Source: Octopus vulgaris (lineage: Eukaryota). From it: 64,000 nucleotides of DNA. Location: positions 13,640,001 through 13,704,000 of the forward strand of contig OX597817.1 in the NCBI GenBank assembly GCA_951406725.2. Direction: 5' to 3'. A program made the translations under genes and the position numbers. Below, piece after piece: positions 38,094-51,232 of this stretch. The notes beneath the pieces are model-generated. The model had not been told where the DNA came from and searched no databases. It saw only the letters and a program-made list of their open reading frames with translations. Each line of letters opens with the position of its first letter. Within the stretch, counting starts at the first letter, position 1.

Positions 38094-41000
38094 ACAACAT
38101 AGGCTACTATTCCTTATACTATTCCTTGTGTTGTAAATAGAGATTAATGGCATCACAGCAAAGAGAGCAGATGAGTAAAGGCACTGTTCTTGTGAGAATA
38201 TTGGAATCAAATTATGACCAGCCATACAAACTCTACAGTGATCTTGGTCAAACATATTTTAGTTCTTTATCCAACAACTAAGCTTCTAAAATGTGTAATA
38301 GATGCAAACTAAAACTTCTTTTCATAAGAACAGAATAGATTTATAAATCATATAATTTTAATAATTGAATTTATAATAAAAAATACTAAAGTTAATTGTT
38401 AGATTGAATCAGTATATTGAATTACCAGCTGTTGTTACAATGGTTTCTGTGATTTAACTTAGACTGGTTCAGTTAACTTAGTTGTATATCACCACTAAAT
38501 AAGAGGACTTTAGTACTGCAAATAAGAAGAGTAATGAATTATGAGTATTTTATCAGCTAACATTGCTGAAGCCATGTCTTCAAAACCCAAAGAAGGAAAT
38601 AGGGAGCTAGTGCAGTGTAAACAATAGTTTGTGTCAAAGTTTAGAATATTCTTTAAAACCAGAAGAAAAAACACAATTCAAGAACTTATAAAGAAATATT
38701 GGAAAAAATCTGAAGATTATTATTTATGAATGAAAAAATATATATATATAGGAGTTTATGACATTTATATATTGTAGGATGTTATAACACCAAGTAATTG
38801 TTAGTTAAGAAGTACAAATGCTTTCACAGAGTAAAAGCAGTTTCTTCTACAAGACAAAGGAAAGAAAAATTAACTTGGCAATTCTCTCTAAATTTGTGAG
38901 CTATTTTATAAGGTTTCTGTATAAGATTATGCTTGGTGGACACCATATCAACTTGAAACATTAAATATTTAAATAAGTAACTAATTTAAAGATGCCAAAC
39001 CTAATTTGTATGTAATTCTAGTATTCAGTATAAAGCAAGTAAAATATCGAGAATATATGTAACATAAAAAAAGAAAATTTTTGCTGATATAATATATTTT
39101 CATAAACTAAAGGAATCTGATAGCTTGAAACTACTTAAAATAAAATGGTACACAACTGGCCTTTATTTGGTTGATAATTATTTATATATTTAACTTGTTT
39201 CAGTCATGAGATTGTTGCCATGCTGTGGCACCATCTTTAAAGGTTTAGTTGAGTAAATCGACCCCAGTTTTCAGGGTCAAGCAGTAGTGGAGGAAAACAC
39301 ATGCATTATTTATATATCACACTGTTTCCATGTATCAAATTCATTCACATAGGCATTGGTCAGTCCGGGGTTGTATTAGAAGACACTTTTCCAAGGTGCT
39401 GTACAGTGGGACTGAACCTGAAACGATGTGGTTGCAAATCGAGCTACATAAGCAGATTTTTTGCTCATGCAACACTCTATGTGTACACGTAGGTTTGTAT
39501 AAATGTAAATGTATAATTATTATACCAGTAGCAAGACAAAGCCCTATAATTAAGATAGGATTTGGCAGCAGTTGTACATTACTAGCAGTGAATAATTTCT
39601 ATCACAATTTTCTTCAAAATAATTTACTTTTAATAAGTTGAGATTTAACCCGTAAGCAACTAGATAAGTTCTACATAGAAAAGGAACAGGCAATTGGGCC
39701 AAAGTTTTTGAAGTAGCAACTTGTTCTTTATGAATTCAAATCTGCTACAGTTGTTGTTTCTAGGTAGAACAGTTTATTCTATATTGCTTTATTTGGGATA
39801 ATTACCAACATTAAGATGCTAGCTACGAAGAGGTTTATTTTCTCACTTACTTAACACCTTAAAAATGGGCCTATTTATGGCCCTAAAAAACCCTTAGTGT
39901 TTATGAAATGTTTACAGTCGCAAAAAATATCTATTTATTCGTTTATTTATTTTCTAAAAGCATACACAGAAGGTTAAACACGCCCACACGTTTTAGTATT
40001 ATATACACAAGCACAATGATAGAATATCAAAACAAGAAAACTGTAATAACGATGTAACCGATAGAATTGTGCGAAATAGTGTTGAAATCTTCATTCCACT
40101 CGCGCCAACTCACCAAAAATGCATAAAAGGGAACACACTGCATTGATTTACTTATTTAAAGAGAAATAAGTACAAAATAGAGGGGAGAGAAGTACAAATA
40201 TTTGTATGCGGATAAAATAAAATAAAATACGGTTACGAAACACTATCTAATGGTATATTTTTGGAATTGAATTATAAATAAAAGATAGAAAATAAGCCAT
40301 ATCTTAAAAATAAACTGAATGGAAATCAACGATCCGTAAAGTCATTTTACCTAAAAGTACTTTCAGTTCAACTGAAAGTGTATTTACGAATCCCATTCAT
40401 GCTAAATTCTAGTTTTTGAGAAGTAGATAATTCTCTTCTCCATGGATAGGACGCTAGCCTATCGCAGAGAAGTAACATTGACAGGGAAATGCATGGAATA
40501 TCTATTTTTAGGAGTAGGTGACAAGATACGTCTGCTCTGATATCACGAGATCTACTCGGTCATTTCATCTTTATTCAGTTTACTCATATATATATATCAA
40601 TCCTGTTAACTGACAATTTGTTTCCATAGAAGCCTTAAAACAAGCCATGCTCTAATCAATTATCATTTGTCCGCATAACATTACCACATCTCCCCTAAAT
40701 ATAATCAAAGACAAAAACACCCAGAATCGATGCATTCATTAAAACCCCCCATCAATCATGAAAAAAAAAAATTAGTTCGTTCTCCCGAACTATCTATTCT
40801 TTCATACGATAATATTTCCCTATGAAAACAATTAAGATCTCCATCGATATGAGGATAATAACAATTTGTTATTATCACTGGCATCAAAAGACAAAATAAA
40901 TATCTCAAGATGCAACAGTGGTCGTCACAAATGGTCATTTGGTATCTAATAATAGCTTCGATAAGTTGTACTGAATAACATGGTTCTTTTATGTAACTTT

Positions 41001-41539
41001 CGTCATCGCAACGAATTACATACACATACATTATACTAATAAAGTACTTGACAAAAAGAAGAAGAAAAAGAAAAAAAAAAACGGAAAAGGTGTAGCTTGA
41101 TTAGTATTCATTAATGTTAATTAATAGATTTTAAAACAAACATCGGAGTGTAGACGTGTTGGTTTATTGAGGGGAGTCGAGGGATTAATGATAGCTTTTA
41201 TCAATGTTTATTACATAACAGTTAAAAATATTCTTTCTTCCTCAAAATACTAAGTCTTGAACAGGAATTTTTCTTCAACGTTAAATTGTGAATACATTTA
41301 TTTATTCAGTGTGGAGGAAGACACATAATAACAATAATAATAATAATAATAATAGCCGTTCGTTTTCTGCTCATTTTGTAAGTGACTCGGTTGTTCGCAG
41401 GTGAAACATCAGTCACGAGGCTTCGAATCAAAACAACTATTCTGATTGTTTTTATTTAGACGATCGCCCAATTTCTCAAGAGCGAAAGGAAGTTGCATTT
41501 GGTAAAAAGACGAGGGGGCACCGTGTCTGCTGCGCGCGC

Positions 41540-41751
41540 GTACACACACACACACACACACACACGCATATATGTGTGTACGTGTATATATATCTATATC
41601 TATATTATACATATATATATATATATATACAGTACCATATATATATACAAGTACCATATATACATACATACATATATATATATACATACATATATATACA
41701 AATACCATCTCAATTGTTGTTATATATATATATATATACAAGTACCATCTC

Positions 41752-41792
<41 letters not shown>

Positions 41793-41825
41793 CATATATA
41801 TATACAAGTACCATCTCAATTGTTG

Positions 41826-41873
<48 letters not shown>

Positions 41874-41900
41874 CATATATATATATATTTATGTATATGA
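41540..41900. repeat. Compound (CA)n/(TA)n microsatellite with repeated AGTACCATCTCAATT units
   Basis: Directly visible. Confidence 0.9.
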
Positions 41901-42845
41901 ATGGATGGATGTGTGTGAGTGTGTCTTGTTTGTTTGTGTGTTTTATTGGTATTTTAGGATGCGCACATGGCCAAGTGACTAAGAAGTTCAGGTGCGATTT
42001 GCAATCATGAGGACCTGGGTTCGACTACACTGCACGTAATCTTTTACCCTAGATAGCTTCATGTCAACACCCAGCACTGAGTAGATGGAAACTGTGACGT
42101 CCCTTAGATTAGACCTATACTCGTAATTCATCTTTACTGTATACACTGTACCTCGCTCATTCAGCCTGAAAATTACGATATCGTTATATATGCCTACGGA
42201 ATACTCTGCCATATAGATTGTAGTTCAATGCGTAGGCAGTTCAGTTGATAGAACAGTTAGAATATCCATCGTCAAAGGCGACGGTGATGCGTATACGTTT
42301 AACAATTCTGCTACCTCTGTGATGGTTTGGTCGCCAAACACGAGCTGCATGACGTAAAGTCCGCCAATAAACTAATGAAAACAATGATGTCAGTGGGAAT
42401 ATTTTTGTGTCATTTGATTAGATTATAAAACGTAAACGGTAAACATACAAACAATGGCTGTGAAATTCAGTAACACTGATCTGTTAAAGACACAAGTTAT
42501 CTTGAATGAAGGGGTTGATTACGTAAGTAATGTTTAAAGCCAAGGGTTGCAACATTTCAAACCTCGGTCAATCTTTCCTGCTACGAAACCAAATTGTAAA
42601 TAATAATAATAATAATAATATCAATAAATGTGAGACTAAACAGACATAATTATGTGAAACCAAACAATGTAAAACTGAAACAAGGAATAGAGAGTGAAAG
42701 TTTTATAGGATTTGTAGAGCAAGCAGTCTTAATCGACACCTTTCACCCCCCGAGACGAATGCATACACTGCAAATTGAACGATGATAGACTGATAAATAT
42801 TCTCAGTAATTTTAAAGTACAGATTCAAAATAGGTAAAAATTCTA

Positions 42846-42974
<129 letters not shown>

Positions 42975-43614
42975 TCAGTTTCGAATCAAATAATATAAGT
43001 CTTTATTTGTAAACTTAGGTATAAAAGTCTACAACTGACATGATTTACCCATCGGTGTACTCCTAAGATTCACCATACGCCATTTTTTGTTTTCCTATAT
43101 ATTGCGCATGTGCTAGTCTCACTTAGACTTCCGTTTCATTTTTCTTTCTTTCGTCTACAAAGTAATAAAGGAACTGTCATCAGAAAGCTAATTAAAGACA
43201 TATATATAATTAAATAAAATAAATGATATAAAATAAAATAAATGATAAAAAAATAAATACATTTGACTTTAAAAAAAAAAAATGATTAAATTGATTTTCT
43301 AATTTTCTAATTTTTATTTTTTAAACCAAAATATTCTTTGAAAAAATTACAATTATATTTTATAGTGCGCGATTTGACACTTATATAAAGTGTATATTGT
43401 GATTAATTAAATACTGTTAAAAACCACTAATTAAAACCTTTCTGTTAGTTATATAACCTTGAAGAATAATAAAATAATAAAATAAAGATTGTTGTCTTTA
43501 AATTTTATTAATAATATTTTTGTTTTCATTTTCTTCACGTGTTCTAAGTGTTAAATCTTAGTGTCTTCCCTTGTTTTCATGGGGTAAATGATTTGTCAAC
43601 ATTCGATACGATTA

Positions 43615-44061
43615 TTTAAAGGGCGTGTGGGTTATGCTGTGGGAAGTGGACCAATCATGAAGATATTAATCTAATCTGTTTTAATGAGGATGTAAAACGG
43701 CAAGGTTTTCTAACAATTTTTTTTTTTTTTTCGCTTTTTTTTCTCATTTGGGCGGCTCATCGAGATATTTATTGGTATCGATTATTTGCATAACAAACTC
43801 GTTTAATCGAAGAACAAATGACGTCTTAGAAAGCTTCGGTAAATTCCTTTACGAAAACTTCCTTATAAGGCAATAGCCGGTTTTGACGGAGTAAGAAGTT
43901 TGATGAGGGTAGGGAAATGGGCCAATCAAAAAGTTTGATATCATTCCAAACCTATCCCAGCTTTGTTGTGGTTTACGATGAATGAAGTAGGCTGAGAAAG
44001 CATGCGACCATTTGTAGGAAACACGTTGTCTCGTGAACTAGCGCACAGTTTCCTTACAAAG
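43615..44061 (+). promoter_or_regulatory. Putative CBFB proximal promoter / 5' UTR
   Basis: CpG-retaining region just upstream of the ATG. Contains two CCAAT boxes in NF-Y-like context (GGACCAATCA near 43648, GGGCCAATCA near 43919), a GC/GT-box-like GGGCGTGTGG at 43621 and a RUNX-consensus TGTGGTTT at 43967-43974. Confidence 0.6.
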
Positions 44062-44139
44062 ATGCCAAAAGTTGTTCCCGATCAAAGAGATAAATTCGAA
44101 CACGATGATTTGTTTCGGAAACTTAGTCACGAAAGCGAG
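44062..44139 (+). CDS. CBFB: Core-binding factor subunit beta, coding exon 1
   Basis: Translates MPKVVPDQRDKFEHDDLFRKLSHESE, matching the CBFbeta N-terminus (human MPRVVPDQRSKFENEEFFRKLSRECE). 78 nt, donor GAG|GTAAGT at 44140. Confidence 0.96.
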
Positions 44140-44279
44140 GTAAGTTTTGTTATAGTATTCATTTACCCGGAAGTAATTTTCTCTTCACCTTTTTTCAATG
44201 AACCTAGTTGCGTAGTTTAAATGCCGATACTCAGTTAAGTTAATCGGTTATTATGATTTTATTTTCATTTTATTTTTAG

Positions 44280-44366
44280 ATAAAATATACAGGATTCCGT
44301 GATAAACCCGAAGAAGAACGACAGCTTCGATTTCAAACAGAATGTCGTGAAGGACATGCTGATATA
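44280..44366 (+). CDS. CBFB: CBFB coding exon 2
   Basis: Acceptor TTTTTAG|, translates IKYTGFRDKPEEERQLRFQTECREGHADI, 87 nt, donor ATA|GTAAGT, phase 0. Confidence 0.96.
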
Positions 44367-44756
44367 GTAAGTAAAATATTTCCTACTGTCAGCGATCATA
44401 GTTTATTTAAACTAGCCTACACTCCCACTTTTTGTGATAGCGATCTATCAGGATATACGTGTATATAATCTATCATTTAAAAGATCCTCGTCTTTAAATG
44501 CTATGAATTTTATATGAAAATATATTTAATATCTAAACTAAAGCCTTATGATCTAAGCTAAGGGGGAAAGTACTATTTCTTTTGCCGTTACCTCCCATTT
44601 TTTTTTTTTTTTTTTAGAAATTGTCAAAATTGCATAAGTTTGAAGAAATCTCTGACTATTTCTGCAAATAGAATTTGTGCTTATAGATTTATTTTCAAAA
44701 TTGGTTTATATATGTTGACATTTTTTGTTAAAAGATAATTTCTTACAAATTTCCAG

Positions 44757-44876
44757 GCTTTCGTCGCAACAGGAACTACGTTTTCACTAAGCTTTGCTGC
44801 CAAATCATGGTCAGATAAACCAGAAGACAGAATAGCAACAACAGAATTTGTTAACTTCGAAAGGGAATCTGGAAAG
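44757..44876 (+). CDS. CBFB: CBFB coding exon 3
   Basis: Acceptor TTTCCAG|, translates AFVATGTTFSLSFAAKSWSDKPEDRIATTEFVNFERESGK, 120 nt, donor AAG|GTTGGT, phase 0. Confidence 0.95.
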
Positions 44877-45479
44877 GTTGGTGCCATTATTTTCGCATCC
44901 TTATGACAATGATAAAGAAATGATTACTTTCGCATCCTTTCTTACGCGAATCTTCTGTTTGACAAAAATTCCAAATTCAAATTAGAATTTAAAATTACCA
45001 GAGATTTTAATAATAATTAGAAATTATACTTCTAAAATCATCATCATCTTGATTATCATCACCATCAACTTGGATATACTTATACTTAATATATTTACTT
45101 TGGCACAAAGCTATTACTTAATAACTAAATATCAGTATACAATATCAAGCACAATAATTATTAGTATATTTATGGTAATTATCATCATCATCGTCAATAC
45201 TATCGAAAGAATGATAATAAAATAAATTATGTTGTGACAGGAGTAATTTTAATATACATCTATGCTATATGCTAGAAAATATCTATCTATATACACTAGA
45301 AAAATTGTTCATTAAGTCAAAGAAATTATTCCTCTCAACTAAGCAGTATAATTGAAATGTAAGAAAACATTACATATGCTAATATACGTATATAAATTTC
45401 TATCTATGAGAATATATGTATGCACATACACACACCCAAAATACATTTTATCAATATAAAGCTAACAAAAGTGGTATCA

Positions 45480-45483
45480 GTTC

Positions 45484-45571
<88 letters not shown>

Positions 45572-45721
45572 AATTCTATGAAAATATAAATGTATATTTA
45601 AGTATAGGTTTATGTATAGGTATATGTATATTAGGGTGTGTATATACGTTGATTTCAAACCCATGCCAGTTTGGAAAACAGCCATTAAATGATGACAATG
45701 GTGATATATGGATGTGTATTG

Positions 45722-45761
<40 letters not shown>

Positions 45762-45928
45762 AATATATATATATATATCTATCTATATATATATATATAT
45801 ATATATCAATATATATATATCTATCTATCAATATATATATATACATATCTAGCTATCTATATATCTATCTGTATATGTGTGTGTGTGTAAAAAGATTTAT
45901 GTAGATGTAATTATTTATATATATCTGG

Positions 45929-45966
<38 letters not shown>

Positions 45967-46135
45967 TATATATAGACAGGTGTGTGTGCGTGTATGTGTG
46001 ATGATATATGTATAACAAATACATGTCTGGAGATGTATTTGTGACTATGTCTATATTTAAGATTTGTATGGATAAGTATATATAGCTGTTTATATATATA
46101 TATATATATATATATACATACATACACACACATAT
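45480..46135. repeat. Compound (TG)n/(TA)n/(TATC)n microsatellites
   Basis: Directly visible. Confidence 0.9.
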
Positions 46136-46426
46136 ATTCCCTCTTTTGTATCTAATTACTTTTTGGACAGGCACTGTTCTTATATTGATTTTCTCATTGT
46201 TGAGGCCATTCCCTATACAGGCACAATTCCCTATAATTGCACTTCATATTCGAGTCCTCAGTGAGGCTGTAAGGTCTTACTCCTGCACTCAAATATATGT
46301 CCACTGCATCTTATAGCAGAGATAGCTGTAAGCTAGTGAAGTTCCTAAGATAAACATTGATTCCTTTGTCATCTCCCTTTCTGATATATACATGACTATA
46401 TATTTGTATTTATAAATATATACAAG

Positions 46427-46461
<35 letters not shown>

Positions 46462-46462
<1 letters not shown>

Positions 46463-47070
46463 TCTTTTACTTGTTTCAGTCATATGGCTGTAGTCATGCC
46501 TTTTGTCGAGCAAATCGATCCCAGCACTTATTGGTAGTAAGCCAAATACCTATTCTATCGGTCGCTTTTAACAAACTGCTAGGTTATAGGGATGTAAACA
46601 CACCAACATCGGTTCTCAAGTGATAGTGGGTGGAGACAAACACAGACACAAACATATACTCACACATACATACATAGAAATATATATATATGTATATATA
46701 TATACAGGGTGTCCCAGAAGTTGTGCACCATTCTGGTTTTCATTAAAAATTATTAAAGCAATTTATTTTATTATATTTTTTTGGCATGTTTTATTGTAGA
46801 GGGTGTTCAATTTGAGCATTTGTTATGATTAATTTCTATAAAGTGTTCTTGAAATCAATAAGAGTGTATTCTTTTAAAAAACCAGGGTGGTGTGCAACTA
46901 TGGGACACCCTGTATATTCTATATGTTTATATATATATATACGATGGGCTTCTTTCAGTTTCTGTAAACCAAATCCACCCAAGGATATAGTAGGAGACAC
47001 TTGCCCAAGGTGAACCCAGAACCATGTCGTTGGCAAGCATGATACTTACCACAAAGCCACTCCTGTGCCT
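46462..47070 (-). mobile_element. Diverged SINE family A interrupted by a mariner-type MITE
   Basis: Tail at 46462, head at about 47070, MITE inserted in its (TA)n. Confidence 0.8.
46705..46912. mobile_element. Tc1/mariner-type MITE
   Basis: TA|CAGGGTGTCCCAGAAGTTG ... CAACTATGGGACACCCTG|TA. Confidence 0.85.
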
Positions 47071-47500
47071 ATATATATATATATATATTATTTATTTATT
47101 TATTTATTTACATAAATGTATATATATATTTACTTGTACATATATAAAGCATATATATATATATATATATATATTTATATGCACATATATATCATCATCT
47201 ATAAATATATATATATATAAGTATATATAAATATATATATTTATATACATATGTATATATAAATATATATATTTATATACATATATATATAAGTATATAT
47301 AAATATATTTATTTATATACATATATATATAAGTATATATATAATATATATATATATTTATGTTTCTTTATTTATAAATAGATATGTTTCTTTATGCATA
47401 CGTGTGTGTGTGTGTGTCTATATTTGTATGTGAGTATATGTATGTAGGTGTATATATGTGTGCATAGTATATATGTATATATATTCGGATATATACATTC
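47070..47500. repeat. TA-rich low-complexity tract
   Basis: Directly visible. Confidence 0.9.
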
Positions 47501-48076
47501 TTTTCTACATAGGTGTGTAGATACATCCAAGTGTATCTATATTTATGTATGTTTTTGTCTTAGTGGTGTTGTTCAAATTTTTGGTTTACTTTCACTTTCT
47601 GCATATGACAGCCATTGTCTTTAACAACTAGGATAAGATAATTCGTTTGTGATGGTCATGTTCGTCCACATCTTGACAGCCCCCAGGCATAACAATGTGA
47701 CCGGAAGTTTGCTTCCCAACCACATGGTTCTGGGTTCTGTCCCACTAAGCGGCACCTAGCCTCAAACCAACCAAAGCGTTGTGAGTGGATTTGATTGGCG
47801 GAAACTGAAAGGAAGCCATCACACACACATTTATGAATATATTCATGTGTGTGTGTGTTTTTGTATTTGTTTTTGTTCTCTACCACTACTTGACAAATGC
47901 TGATTTAACTTAGCAGTTTTGGTAAAAAGGAGTCTGATATAACAAATAGCAGGGTTAGAAAATAAAGTACTAGGGTGAATTTCTTCAACTAAATCCTTCA
48001 AGGGGGTACCTTAGCATGGCCTCCGTTTAAGGACTGAAACAAGTAGATGTATGTATGCATACAGATATGAGTATAC

Positions 48077-48132
<56 letters not shown>

Positions 48133-48273
48133 CCGACGAAGAGCTCCGCTCGAAACGTTAAACCCTCCTTCTTCCCTTCTTTCCTGAGCATCCAATAATA
48201 CTTTATTTGTTCCACGTCCTTGCGTTGTTGTGTTTTTTTTTGTTTTTTTGTGTCTTCTTGTTTAGATTAACTT

Positions 48274-48349
<76 letters not shown>

Positions 48350-48628
48350 ATGTAGATCTCTCTCTCTCTCTCTCTGTCTATATATATACATCTATATATA
48401 TATATGTGTGTGTGTGTAGCAGGGAAGGCTGTTTGGTTAAGAATCTTTTGTCCCATCAATTCCAGTCACACTGGATGGATTCTTGAGCTAGTGTCTTCTG
48501 CTATAACTTAGGCAAACCAATTTCTTGTGAGCAGATTTGGTAACCAAAAACTGAATGAAGCATGTTGTATGTGTATTTGTGTGTGTGTGTGCCTTTATAT
48601 ATATGTGTGTATATATTATGTATATATA

Positions 48629-49010
48629 TTTCTTTACTACCCACAAGGGGATAAACACAGAGGGGACAAACACGGACAGACAAACGGATTAAGTCGATTG
48701 CATCGACCCCAGTGTGTAACTGGTACTTATTTAATCGGCGGCGGCGAGCTGGCAGAAACGTTAGCACGCCGGGCGAAATGCTTAGCGGTATTTTGTCTGC
48801 CGTTACGTTGTGAGTTCAAATTCCGCCGAGGTCGACTTTGCCTTTCATCCTTTTGGGGGTCGATAAATTAAGTACCAGTTACGCACTGGGGTCGATGTAA
48901 TCGACTTAATACCTATGTCTGTCCTTGTTTTTCCCCTATGTGTTTAGCCCCTTGTGGGTAATAAAGAAATAGGTACTTATTTAATCGACCCCGAAAGGAT
49001 GAAAGGCAAT
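48629..49010. mobile_element. SINE family B (minus) with nested family B (plus), inside a family A copy
   Basis: TSD GGTACTTATTTAATCG at 48722-48737 and 48972-48987. Confidence 0.88.
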
Positions 49011-49888
49011 AAATAAGAGCCAAATAGAATAAGTTCTGGGGTCAGTTTCTTCGACTAAAGCCCTTTAAGGCAGAGCTCCAGCATGGCCACAGTCAAATGA
49101 CTGAAGCAAGTAATAAAAGAATATGTTTGTGTATTCGTTTTATATGTATATATGTATGTATGTAAATGTCTGTATAAATATATACATATATAAATACGAC
49201 CACTCACCCATTATATCTGTCAGTGCGCCTCCCCTTCCTCTTCAGACTATCCTATTTTTCTTGCCACCTTGAGCCATATGACTTATTAGCACTTCATCCA
49301 GTAATTATTGTTCTCCACACCCACGTTAATGATGTTCTCTACCCCCCACTCCCCCAACAAACTTAATTATCTCCCTTCATGCACTAAGTCAGGCTCTCTC
49401 CTTCCTTTCTCCTCCCCACTTCTTTTGCCTACCCAACCTCATGTCATTTCCCTCTCTCATTCTCCTGTAAAGATTATCCTCATTACTGCCACTATTACTC
49501 CCCTCCACCTTCCCCAATTCATCCATCATTGGTCATTTATTACTCCCTACATCCACCCTTCAATCCTACTCAGTTTATATATATACATATATATAATTAT
49601 ATATCCATGTATACATGCATACCACCCATCCACCCCATCTTTTGCAAACCCTCACCCACTCACACTCCTAGTTCTTATGTCCTAACAGGGTTCTTCTCAC
49701 TTTGTACCTTGAGGGTCCACTTGATTTGCATCACCTACTGATCATTCTCACTCTTTCTCCAAAAGGTGAGTGACCATGTAGCACCTCTACAAGAACCTGC
49801 TTACCCTTCTTCCTTTCCTTTTTTTTCATATTTTAATTCTTCATCTCTTCACTAGATGTATGTATGTAAATATATATATATATATATA

Positions 49889-50101
49889 GGTGCAGGAGTG
49901 GCTGTGTGGTAAGTAGCTTGCTAATCAACCACATGGTTCCGGGTTCAGTCCCACTGCGTGGCATCTCGGGCAAGTGTCTTCTGCTATAGCCCCGGGCCGA
50001 CCAATGCCTTGTGAGTGGATTTGGTAGACAGAAACTGAAAGAAGCCTGTCGTTTATATGTATATATATATGTGTGTGTGTCTGTGTTTGTCCCCCTAGCA
50101 T
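49889..50101 (+). mobile_element. SINE family A (3' truncated)
   Basis: Head and 5' body match 483-896, ending at CCCCTAGCAT. Confidence 0.88.
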
Positions 50102-50358
50102 TTAATTCGTGTGGCATCCTGTCCTTGTTTCGTATACATTCGATCCTTTTTCCAAGAAATCTAATGCTCGTAGCTTAGTTTTTCTTTGGGGCTGGCCGTA
50201 TCGGAGCGATATCAGGATTAATCAGCCGAAATTGCTAAGATGATCTGGTTCCCAACTGAAGATTAGAGGGTTCAAATGACCCGTCTGTTTTTTTCGTGTC
50301 GTCTCTTTGTGTGTTTTTGCGTTCTTGTCCCATTTTGTAATTTATATTTAATTTCTAT

Positions 50359-50393
<35 letters not shown>

Positions 50394-50459
50394 CAGTTCA
50401 GTCTGCATTACTACTTTTATTGCTGTGAGTTATGGTTCCCCTTGCTCATAATATTTGTT

Positions 50460-50830
50460 GGGTTTCATGTACTCGGGTCTTCTGCGACTGAATCATCTGT
50501 CAACATGGTCTCTTTCTATCTCCTATGAGATGGAACATCCTGAAATTAATCTGCACCACATTATTTCAAGTCTGTCTTGGTCTCCCTCTTCCACAGGTTC
50601 CATTCAGTTTGTGTGCACAGCATTTATTTATTCAGCTGTAATCCCTCCATATGCATCATATTTTTATACCATCACAAGTCTTCTCTCTTGCACGCTGTAG
50701 CTGAATCCTCTTATATTTAGTTTTTCTTTGAGTCTTTAATACTCCGTTGTTCATGCACACTAACATTATTCCATACTGCAATGCACACTTGCTTCCATTC
50801 GTTCTAGTCACTGTAAGTTTTCTGGTTCAA
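50460..50830 (-). mobile_element. Decayed RTE LINE fragment
   Basis: Reverse-complement similarity to 29620-29900 (GGAACCTGTGGAAGAGGGAGACCAAGACAGACTTG). Confidence 0.6.
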
Positions 50831-50835
50831 GGCCT

Positions 50836-51036
50836 CTTTTACTCTTTTTACTTGTTTCAGTCATTTGACTGTGGCCATGCTGGAGCACCACCTTTAATCG
50901 AGCAATTCGACCCCGGGGCTTATTCTTTTGTAAGCCCAGTACTTATTCTATCGGTCTCTTTTGCCGAACCGCTAAGTGACAGGGACATAAACACACCAGC
51001 ATCGGTTGTCAAGCAATGCTAGGGAGACAAACACAG

Positions 51037-51069
<33 letters not shown>

Positions 51070-51232
51070 CGACGGGCTTCTTTCAGTTTCCGTCTACCAA
51101 ATCCACTCACAAGGCTTTGGTTGGCCTGAGGCTATAGTGGAAGACACTTGCCCAAGGTACCACGCAGTGGGACTGAACCCGGAACCATGTGGTTGGTAAG
51201 CAAGCTACTTACCACACAGCCACTCCTGTGCC
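50836..51232 (-). mobile_element. SINE family A
   Basis: Reverse complement of 483-896. Confidence 0.9.

Noticed and set aside
41630-41830. CRISPR-like repeat/spacer appearance (AGTACCATCTCAATT units; also family C units)
   Set aside because: Eukaryotic context, spacers are (TA)n or mutually related, and there are no cas genes.
41409-42010. Long Y/I-rich ORFs (also 30016, 45689, 54056 and others)
   Set aside because: Microsatellite translations.
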